IMG/VR virus record: IMGVR_UViG_3300026194_000310
Span: 6,125-70,124 of that record
Length of the DNA: 64,000 nt
From: a virus
Lineage: Duplodnaviria; Caudoviricetes
Direction: 5' to 3' (one strand)
A program made the position numbers and the translations under genes. The notes below the pieces were generated by a model. It ran no database searches. It saw only the letters and a program-made list of their open reading frames with translations, and had not been told where the DNA came from. Each line of letters opens with the position of its first letter. Position 1 is the stretch's first letter. This document shows positions 56,457-64,000 of the stretch, in pieces.

Positions 56457-56904
56457 GAGATTTCCTCCATTCGATTTGCATGGAATGGAGAAAACCTCGT
56501 AGGCAGCCGCCAGATGGCAATAGAAACCTAACCGCAGTCCTTATGGAGTCCTCTCCATTCCGGTCTGCAGCTTCCCGCTCAATAGGCAGCTGTCTGTGTT
56601 CAGTTGTACCGTCATTTACTGTTGAGCCATCGGTGATCAGTCGATGCAGTATTTGACGGGCTTATATCACGCCGCTTTCGCAAAGATATCAACGCCACAG
56701 AAAATTTACTTTTGCGAACGCCAAATAATATTGATTATTGCGAAACATCGTGATACAATATGTAGTGTCCGCCTATGGCTACATTTTTCAGTGCCTTCTC
56801 GGCCTCGCTACATCTAAAAGTCTAAGGGAAACGAGGCGAGAAGTATTTGATGTGGAATTCGAGTCAAATTCGAGTGGATTTCGAATTAGAAAGGAGAGAT
56901 CGCA

Positions 56905-58116
56905 GTGACAGAGCTTTGTTTCGCTGAATTTGCCAAATGCTTACAAAACGCTATGCAGCCGCCCAATGATGACAAGGATGTTGTTGAGCTTTTATTAGGC
57001 TGGATTACGGATATGCCAAGCGTGGTGGACAAAAAAGGCAATCCGATTCATCTGGCACCGTCACTGATCAGCGATCTTCTTAACCGGAAAGTAGATGTCC
57101 CGAAGGCGATAAAGAATGCCTGCACGACTCGAAAAATGATTACTGAGGCAAAGAAGCATTGCGCAGACATGGTGATCCCTTATCTAAATCCTGTGGTAAG
57201 TGACGACATGTTTGAGGCTATGGGTAGGGCGGTTGAGGACGATGAAATAATTGCAGCTAAAAAGAAAAAGGAACTGGCCACGTTTCTCGAAAATGAGAAA
57301 GAGGCCGAGTTCCTTGGTCAGTTGCTGACATACGTTATAAACAGAGAGAACAGGATATCGAATACGCCAGTGGTGAGCGAAGATATACCATTGCTGGCTG
57401 AGGCTGATTATGAGTGCCCAATATGCCATGCTCCGCTTGTAGAATATGTTAAGAACACACCGGTGAAAAAGTATGAGGTTGTGAACATATTCCCCAGCGA
57501 TATTTCTGGATGCGCATCCGAGTTTGCGCTGATACCGAGACCGAAGCGTATAGATGCTCCAGCAAATAGAATCGCTTTGTGCCGTGACCATGCTGAGGAA
57601 TATGAGATCGAGCCCACGTCGGAGGATTATGCCCAGCTCCGAGAAATGAAGGATCGGTTGTCGGCAGCATATTCTTTGCGAGTAGATATTAACGACGCTG
57701 CTCTCGAAGACGAAATTCAAAGTGTGCTGTATGGCTTGGCGGGTATAACCGACGATACAGAGCTGGAGGAGCTCCCATTGGATGCATTGCGGTTAGACCA
57801 GAAAATTCTTCCGGAGAACCACCTATTGAAGAATGATGAGATGACTCGTGTCCTTCGCTATTACAATTATATCGATGAGCTGTTCTCAGCTATGGACAGA
57901 GATGGAACGGGTGATTTTGATTTAATTGCTTCTGAAGTTGAAACGACATATAAGAAACTGGATAACGGTCAGCTTTCTCAAGACGAAATCGTAAATGCGC
58001 TGGCGGAGTGGATCAAAAACAAATCAGGCGTAGGTAGTAAAAATATGCGAGCATGCCACATTGTAGTCGCGTATTTTATACAGAACTGTGAGGTGTTCCG
58101 TGAAATTTCCAAGTAA
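56905..58116 (+). CDS. ABC-three-component/Lamassu-like effector (LmuA-like) with degenerate HNH domain
   Basis: CPIC...VVNIFP...NRIALCRDH HNH-like core; C-terminal VAYFIQNCEVF. Confidence 0.65.
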   Translation: MTELCFAEFAKCLQNAMQPPNDDKDVVELLLGWITDMPSVVDKKGNPIHLAPSLISDLLNRKVDVPKAIKNACTTRKMITEAKKHCADMVIPYLNPVVSDDMFEAMGRAVEDDEIIAAKKKKELATFLENEKEAEFLGQLLTYVINRENRISNTPVVSEDIPLLAEADYECPICHAPLVEYVKNTPVKKYEVVNIFPSDISGCASEFALIPRPKRIDAPANRIALCRDHAEEYEIEPTSEDYAQLREMKDRLSAAYSLRVDINDAALEDEIQSVLYGLAGITDDTELEELPLDALRLDQKILPENHLLKNDEMTRVLRYYNYIDELFSAMDRDGTGDFDLIASEVETTYKKLDNGQLSQDEIVNALAEWIKNKSGVGSKNMRACHIVVAYFIQNCEVFREISK

Positions 58117-58327
58117 GGTGACGCCTTATCAGGCGAGCATATTAGCAAAGTTTCCAATGGTGTTAAGCTACTTGGAGAATGAGGACTTAAGACCGGATGA
58201 GTTGTATAAAAAAGTGAAATCCAAGGTCTCAGATGTCGGTGAGTTCTTAGAGATTCTGGACTGCCTTTACGCTTTGGGAAAGATAGAACTATTTGAGGAA
58301 GGAGGTATGCTGCACTATGTTGGTTGA
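58100..58327 (+). CDS. ABC-three-component middle component (LmuC-like)
   Basis: Small ORF overlapping both neighbours: KFPSKVTPYQASILAKF...LDCLYALGKI. Confidence 0.65.
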   Translation: MKFPSKVTPYQASILAKFPMVLSYLENEDLRPDELYKKVKSKVSDVGEFLEILDCLYALGKIELFEEGGMLHYVG

Positions 58328-59969
58328 AGTAATGTGTGATGAGTTCAAAGATCATGGAAAGCCACGTGGACGCATATCTCTCAAGCCGGGATTGAATACC
58401 GTAATGGGAAGCGCCTCCGGCTCGAACTCTATTGGCAAGTCTACATTCCTTATGGTTATCGACTTCATATTTGGTGGAGATGACTATGTGGAGAAATTGA
58501 CCGATGTACAGACTGAGGTCGGAGAACATAGAATCTGTTTCGCATTCGAATTTCCTGATGGAAAACATTATTTTTACCGCTCCAATGTGGACTATAAAAA
58601 TGTCCAGAAGTGCGATAAGGATTATCAGCCGGTAGAAGGTGGTCTGATTTCTTTAAATCAATACCTGTTGTTTTTACAGACTCACTACGATATGGATCTG
58701 GCTGGTCTTACTTTCAGGAATGCTATTGGCAGATCCATGCGAGTATATAAAAGAGAAACGCTTGACGAGGAACATCCGCTGCATCAGGCAAAACAGGAGA
58801 CGGCAAAGTCTGCGATAGAGGGCTTGTTGAAACTGACTGATTTATACTCTGGCATTGAAGCGCAGTCCAAAATCACGACTGAAGCCAAGGATAAATACAC
58901 GACATTTAAGAAGGCACAAAAATACCAGTATATTCCGTTTGTTACGAAACAATCTGATTACGATAAGAATGAGACTCGTATCGCGGAACTTACCGAGCAG
59001 GCGGAGGAGCTGGCAAGGAAGAGCTCAGGCGGATTATTAGACTTGAATTCGATGCAGGCAGAGCAGCTTTCAATCCTGCAAGGAAAACTATCGAATTTTA
59101 AGAGGCAAAGATCCCGCCTGCTTTCTCAGCTAAGAGCAATTCGTGTTGACAGAGATCTGGGTAAGAAGGGATTTAAGCGCAATTACGATGACCTTCTTCG
59201 CTTTTTCCCGGAGGTCGATCTTCAGCGGATAGAAGCCATCGAAGGATTCCACAAGCAGCTGGCCGGGATCTTAAAGAAGGAGTTTTCCGAGACAGAAGAA
59301 AATATGCAGGCCGCGCTTGATTTGATCGAAGCGGAAATGAAGCAGATTGAGGCTGACATTTCTCAAATGGCCAAGACGACTGATTTGTCGAAGGTGGTAC
59401 TTGAGCAGTATGCCGCGATAGACAAGGAGCTGAAAACACTCCGGGCGGCTAATGAGAATTATATGAAGACAACACAGCTTTCTGAAGTCGCTAAGGCATA
59501 TGAAGCCGAGTTGAATCGGCTCGTCGTTGAGCAGATAGCAATCATGCAGCAGGAAATAAATTCTGAGATGTTTGATATCAACAATACGATATATTCCGGT
59601 AAAAAGACCGCTCCTACTCTTACGATTACGGATGCATCTCACTATATATTCTTCACACCGAAAGACGGAGGAACCGGAGCGCAGTACAAGGGCTTGGTCG
59701 TGTTCGACTTGGCTATGCTGACACTTACAAGGTTACCGGCCATTGCTCATGACTCTGTAATGTTGAAGCATATCGAGGACGATGCGATTGAGAAAATTTT
59801 GGAATTATATGCGGGTACATCGAAGCAGGTTTTTATTGCTATGGATAAAGAAGGATCGTACACAAAGAAATCGCAGGAAATTATGGAAGCAAGCAAAGTC
59901 CTGCAGCTGAGTCCCGGCGAGGGAGCACTGTTTGGACGCACTTGGAATGATGTGGAGGTAGATCAATAA
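58317..59969 (+). CDS. SMC-like ABC ATPase, DUF2326-like (LmuB-like)
   Basis: NSIGKSTFL Walker A, long coiled coil, GGTGAQYK signature, IAHDS Walker B. Confidence 0.8.
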   Translation: MLVEVMCDEFKDHGKPRGRISLKPGLNTVMGSASGSNSIGKSTFLMVIDFIFGGDDYVEKLTDVQTEVGEHRICFAFEFPDGKHYFYRSNVDYKNVQKCDKDYQPVEGGLISLNQYLLFLQTHYDMDLAGLTFRNAIGRSMRVYKRETLDEEHPLHQAKQETAKSAIEGLLKLTDLYSGIEAQSKITTEAKDKYTTFKKAQKYQYIPFVTKQSDYDKNETRIAELTEQAEELARKSSGGLLDLNSMQAEQLSILQGKLSNFKRQRSRLLSQLRAIRVDRDLGKKGFKRNYDDLLRFFPEVDLQRIEAIEGFHKQLAGILKKEFSETEENMQAALDLIEAEMKQIEADISQMAKTTDLSKVVLEQYAAIDKELKTLRAANENYMKTTQLSEVAKAYEAELNRLVVEQIAIMQQEINSEMFDINNTIYSGKKTAPTLTITDASHYIFFTPKDGGTGAQYKGLVVFDLAMLTLTRLPAIAHDSVMLKHIEDDAIEKILELYAGTSKQVFIAMDKEGSYTKKSQEIMEASKVLQLSPGEGALFGRTWNDVEVDQ

Positions 59970-59996
59970 CTGATGAAGACAACACAGGAGGCAGTT

Positions 59997-60227
59997 ATGC
60001 GTTTTAGTTACAATAAACTTTTTAAGTTGCTGATCGATAAGGGTATAAAGAAAAAGGAGCTCTGCGAGATGGCTGAGATAAGCGCTACATCGATAGCGAA
60101 ACTTGGTCACGGAGGCAATGTCAATTCTGAGGTCTTGCTGAAGATCTGTAACGCACTGAATTGTGATGTCGGCGACATCATGGAATTTGTGCGTGACGAC
60201 CCCGAAGAAGAAACTGACAAAGATTGA
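59997..60227 (+). CDS. XRE/Cro-C1 HTH regulator upstream of hsdM
   Basis: SYNKLFKLLIDKGI...SIAKLG...ICNALNCDVGDIME. Confidence 0.85.
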   Translation: MRFSYNKLFKLLIDKGIKKKELCEMAEISATSIAKLGHGGNVNSEVLLKICNALNCDVGDIMEFVRDDPEEETDKD

Positions 60228-60244
60228 AAAGCGAGGTAAAAGCA

Positions 60245-61816
60245 ATGGCTAAAGCAGATAACAAAAAGCCCGTCAGCATGGAGGAATCCCTCTGGCGCTC
60301 GGCGGATAAACTGCGCGGTTCAGTAGAACCGTCAGAATATAAGCATGTGGTACTCAGCCTGATATTCCTGAAATACGCAAGCGACCGGTTTGAGGAGCAG
60401 CGCAGGAAGATTATCGCTGATGGACATGAGAAGTTCGTGGACATGAAGGCGTTCTATACGCAGGATAATGTCTTCTATCTCCCGGAGGAAACACGCTGGT
60501 CGTATATCATGGAACATGCCAAGCAGAATGATATTGCTCTGCTGATTGATACTGCGCTTTATACGATTGAGAAGAACAACGAGCAGCTGAAGGGAGCACT
60601 TCCGGACAACTACTATTCCAGACTGAATCTGGACACCTCGAAGCTTGCTTCTTTGCTGGATGTTATTGACGGTATCGAGCTGACCGCCGACAAGGAGCAG
60701 GATGTCATCGGAAGGGTCTATGAGTATTTTCTCAGCAAATTTGCCTTGAAGGAAGGTAAAGGCAAGGGAGAATTCTATACGCCGAAGTCCATCGTCAACC
60801 TAATCGCGGAGCTGCTTGAGCCTTATTCGGGCATCCTCTATGATCCCTGTTGCGGTTCTGGGGGCATGTTCGTACAGTCTATACGATTTGTCGAGGCGCA
60901 CGCCGGAAACAAGAAGAACGTGTCCATCTACGGACAGGAACTGACTAATACGACATATAAGCTGGCAAAGATGAATCTTGCCATCCGTGGCATTGCCGCG
61001 AATCTTGGCGAGCAGGCTGCTGATACATTTATGAACGATCAACACAAAGATCTGAAGGCAGACTTCATCATGGCCAATCCGCCCTTCAATCAGAAGGCAT
61101 GGCGTGCAGAAAGCGAGCTGACCGATGATCCACGCTGGGAAGGCTACGATGTTCCACCGACGAGTAATGCGAACTACGGCTGGATTCTGAATATCGTATC
61201 GAAGCTGTCGCAGAACGGCATAGCCGGATTTCTCTTGGCAAACGGGGCGCTTTCAGATAGTGGTACTGAGCTTTCTATCCGGCAGCGGCTCATTGAAAAT
61301 AATCTGGTTGAGGCCATTATCATCTTGCCGAGGAACCTGTTTTATACAACAGATATCAGTGTGACGCTATGGGTTCTGAACAAGAATAAGAAGGCACGCA
61401 CCGTAGAGCAAAACGGCAAATTGAAGAAATACAGAAACCGTGAAAGAGAGATTCTCTTCATGGATCTTCGTCAGATGGGCAGTCCGTATGAAAAGAAGTA
61501 TATCGAGCTGACTGAGGAAGATAGGAAAAAGGTCGCCGCTGTATTCCATGCATGGCAGCAGGAGGGATACGAAGAAAACTATCAGAATATCCCAGAGTTC
61601 TGCTACAGCGCATCCTATGATGAGGTGAAAGAAAAAGGATTCACGCTTGTTCCGAGCCGGTACATTGAGTTTGTGAATCGCGACGAGAATATAGACTTTG
61701 ATTCAAAAATGTCCCAGCTACAGATGGAGCTCACCGATCTCCTGAAGCAGGAGGAAGAATCAAAGAAGGATTTGCTGGGCGTGTTTAAGGAGCTGGGCTA
61801 TGAGATCAAATTATAA
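60245..61816 (+). CDS. hsdM: Type I R-M methyltransferase (intact)
   Basis: GEFYTP, YDPCCGSGG motif I, MANPPF motif IV. Confidence 0.93.
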   Translation: MAKADNKKPVSMEESLWRSADKLRGSVEPSEYKHVVLSLIFLKYASDRFEEQRRKIIADGHEKFVDMKAFYTQDNVFYLPEETRWSYIMEHAKQNDIALLIDTALYTIEKNNEQLKGALPDNYYSRLNLDTSKLASLLDVIDGIELTADKEQDVIGRVYEYFLSKFALKEGKGKGEFYTPKSIVNLIAELLEPYSGILYDPCCGSGGMFVQSIRFVEAHAGNKKNVSIYGQELTNTTYKLAKMNLAIRGIAANLGEQAADTFMNDQHKDLKADFIMANPPFNQKAWRAESELTDDPRWEGYDVPPTSNANYGWILNIVSKLSQNGIAGFLLANGALSDSGTELSIRQRLIENNLVEAIIILPRNLFYTTDISVTLWVLNKNKKARTVEQNGKLKKYRNREREILFMDLRQMGSPYEKKYIELTEEDRKKVAAVFHAWQQEGYEENYQNIPEFCYSASYDEVKEKGFTLVPSRYIEFVNRDENIDFDSKMSQLQMELTDLLKQEEESKKDLLGVFKELGYEIKL

Positions 61817-62324
61817 GCAGCTTGGAGAGTTCATCCGGCAGGTTGATGTGAGAAACACAGAAGGGAAAGAAGAAAATCTTCTGGGTGTATCGGTTCAGAA
61901 ACTGTTTATTCCTTCTATCGCTAATACTGTCGGGACTGACTTCAGCAAATATAAGGTTGTTAAGCGCGGGCAGTTTACCTACATCCCGGATACCTCGCGC
62001 CGAGGTGACAAGATTGGTATCGCTTTGCTGGAAGACTATGATGAAGGCCTTGTCAGTAATGTATATACGGTTTTTGAAGTTGTCGATACGCACAAGCTGA
62101 TCCCGGAGTATCTCATGCTATGGTTCAGCCGACCGGAATTTGACCGGTATGCAAGATATAAATCCCACGGCAGTGTCAGGGAGGTTCTTGACTGGGATGA
62201 GATGTGCAAGGTGGAACTTCCGGTTCCGTCTTATGAAGAACAATTAGAGATTGTAAAGAACTACCGGACAATCTCGGAAAGGATCGTATTAAAACAGAAG
62301 ATAAATGATAATTTAGCGGCTTGA
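61800..62324 (+). CDS. hsdS: HsdS N-terminal half (single TRD), ends at the inversion repeat
   Basis: One TRD plus PSYEEQLEIV...KQKINDNL, then a stop. Confidence 0.85.
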   Translation: MRSNYKQLGEFIRQVDVRNTEGKEENLLGVSVQKLFIPSIANTVGTDFSKYKVVKRGQFTYIPDTSRRGDKIGIALLEDYDEGLVSNVYTVFEVVDTHKLIPEYLMLWFSRPEFDRYARYKSHGSVREVLDWDEMCKVELPVPSYEEQLEIVKNYRTISERIVLKQKINDNLAA

Positions 62325-62935
62325 TAGAATTGCGGTAATTGTCTCTTGCAATTGTTTAAGCAACTCAATCTCCTCAGTATGTGTTTTCATCTGTTCAAGA
62401 GCCAATGAACCGACCTGTTCAAACGCTTCGAGTGATTCTTTTGTCGGCTTTTGCATTGGGAATGAAGCCAGTTCTTCGCCAGACACACGTTGTCTGCCGC
62501 TTGAACCATTCATAAATTGCAACGCAAAAGTCACGAACTTAGAATTTCGTATGAGGAAGTAATAAAAGCACGACGGCATATCATCCTTTGACGCAAAGAC
62601 TATGTACTCAGTAGAGCCAAAAGCAACTTCTCCGTCATTAAGAATGTTTATGTATGCAGCTTTTCCGTTTTCCAGACAAGGTGTAATTCGTGCAATAAGG
62701 GTGTCGCCATTTTTGAAGCGAACACCACCGTTATATGGTTTTATTGTATCTCCTGTCGGGATACAGCCGTTAGTCGGCAAGGTTGCCATATCAAAGCAAC
62801 GAGCCATTTGACCTTTGGAAAGTTGGCGAACAGGATTAACTGTGGCAATATCAGCTAAAGTGCAATCGTTCTCAGTACCGCAGAAGAAAAGATTGTCAAA
62901 ATACGCTTGTGCCGTCGCTTCTAAATTATCATTTA
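62302..62935. repeat. 15-bp inverted repeats TAAATGATAATTTAG flanking an invertible hsdS segment
   Basis: Plus-strand copy at 62302-62316; exact reverse complement at 62921-62935. Confidence 0.85.
62313..62935 (-). CDS. hsdS: Inverted HsdS C-terminal half (TRD2)
   Basis: Open frame from the repeat: NDNLEATAQAYFDNLFF...ARITPCLENGK...GSSGRQRV...ILSSR*. Confidence 0.8.
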
Positions 62936-63019
62936 GCTGAAACCCTCTGCAGTGGCGAGGGTGAACAATAGAACCGCCGCTGGGTGTCGTTCTCTTGAAT
63001 ACAAAAAAGGAGAAACGAC

Positions 63020-64000
63020 ATGAAAGAAGAACTGATTACAGAAATCAAGCAACAAATGCTCAGAACGCTGGACAACAGCCAGATGACGCAGCTTCACAAA
63101 GTGCTGAAGACATGCTTTCAGGGATACGATGTGGTGGCGTCAACCGAAACACAGGAGGAGAAGGTCGATTATATCGAACTGTTTCTGTCAGCAAAGCGTA
63201 TAGAAGGACGGTCTGATAAGACACTTGCCTACTATCGCAGCACTGTAGAGAAAATGGTGGAGAAGATCGGAAAAGCTGTAAACCATATTACGACCGATGA
63301 CCTCCGGACATACCTTGCTGAGTATCAGGAGGAAAATGGATCAAGTAAGGTTACAATTGATAATATACGAAGAATCCTCTCTACGTTTTTCGGGTGGCTG
63401 GAAGACGAGGATTACATAGTAAAGAGTCCCGTCAGACGTATTCATAAAGTTAAAACGGGCAAGACGATAAAGGAGACTTATACGGATGAGGAGCTTGAGC
63501 TGATGCGCGATAGCTGCACCGAGGACAGAGACTTGGCCATTATCGATATGCTGGCGTCAACCGGTATGCGTATCGGCGAGATGGTATTGCTGAACCGCGA
63601 GGATGTGAACTTTTCCGAGCGGGAATGCACGGTGCTGGGTAAAGGTGATAAGGAGCGGATCGTTTACTTCGATGCTCGCACTAAGATGCATTTACAGAAC
63701 TACTTGAATGGTCGAGAGGATAAAGATCCGGCGCTCTTCGTCTCGCTGAATGCTCCGCACAGCAGGATGAGTATCGGCGGCATTGAAGTTCGACTCCGGG
63801 AGATCGGAAACAGGCTGGGCATCCAGAAGGTACATCCGCATAAGTTTCGTAGGACACTTGCCACGATGGCAATAGACAAAGGAATGCCCATTGAGCAGCT
63901 GCAGCATCTGCTTGGGCATCAGAGGATAGACACGACGCTCCAGTACGCAATGGTTAAGGAAAGTAATGTGAAGCTGGCGCATAAGAAATATATAGGATGA
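63020..64000 (+). CDS. Tyrosine recombinase (probable hsdS invertase)
   Basis: TGMRIGE, HKFRRT, LLGH...TTLQY catalytic residues. Confidence 0.9.
   Translation: MKEELITEIKQQMLRTLDNSQMTQLHKVLKTCFQGYDVVASTETQEEKVDYIELFLSAKRIEGRSDKTLAYYRSTVEKMVEKIGKAVNHITTDDLRTYLAEYQEENGSSKVTIDNIRRILSTFFGWLEDEDYIVKSPVRRIHKVKTGKTIKETYTDEELELMRDSCTEDRDLAIIDMLASTGMRIGEMVLLNREDVNFSERECTVLGKGDKERIVYFDARTKMHLQNYLNGREDKDPALFVSLNAPHSRMSIGGIEVRLREIGNRLGIQKVHPHKFRRTLATMAIDKGMPIEQLQHLLGHQRIDTTLQYAMVKESNVKLAHKKYIG

Larger units (their letters stand above)
14653..64000 (-). mobile_element. Prophage 2, apparently inserted into hsdM of prophage 1; right end not visible
   Basis: Complete recombinase-lysis-tail-head-packaging-replication gene set plus cargo at both ends; both boundaries are inferred. 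Confidence 0.75.

Noticed and set aside
1-64000. tRNA/tmRNA/rRNA gene as integration site
   Set aside because: No cloverleaf or rRNA-like sequence recognised; the integration machinery is serine-recombinase type and the visible junction is in hsdM

Overview
The window holds two related temperate siphovirus-type prophages of Firmicutes (Clostridia-like) type, with almost all phage genes on the minus strand. Prophage 1 (1 to ~14650, left end outside the window) shows only its replication and regulatory end: VapE-like primase/helicase, BRO antirepressor, family A DNA polymerase, DUF2815, DUF2800, a sigma-like factor and an ImmA/HTH repressor. Its cargo is a type I R-M locus (hsdR-hsdS-hsdM) whose hsdM breaks off at ~14653, just before the SAM-binding motif. 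A second element starts at that junction and appears to run to or past the window end. From left to right it carries: a plus-strand cargo operon of unknown membrane/coiled-coil proteins; two large serine recombinases; lysis, tail, head and packaging modules; a second replication module; a Lamassu/ABC-three-component-like defence trio; and a second type I R-M locus with an invertible hsdS half next to a tyrosine recombinase. The most unusual signals are: (1) the uncharacterised 4-5 gene cargo operon at 14814-17878, with two paralogous membrane/coiled-coil proteins; (2) a 7-nt insertion beginning with a stop codon inside the Walker A codons of the SNF2 helicase, shaped like a ribosomal hop site; (3) a U32-like Cys-rich enzyme coupled to the end of the tail operon; (4) a degenerate-HNH Lamassu-like effector located where a repressor would be expected. 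All family assignments come from reading motifs by eye; no database searches were run. No rRNA, tRNA, CRISPR array or reverse transcriptase was found.
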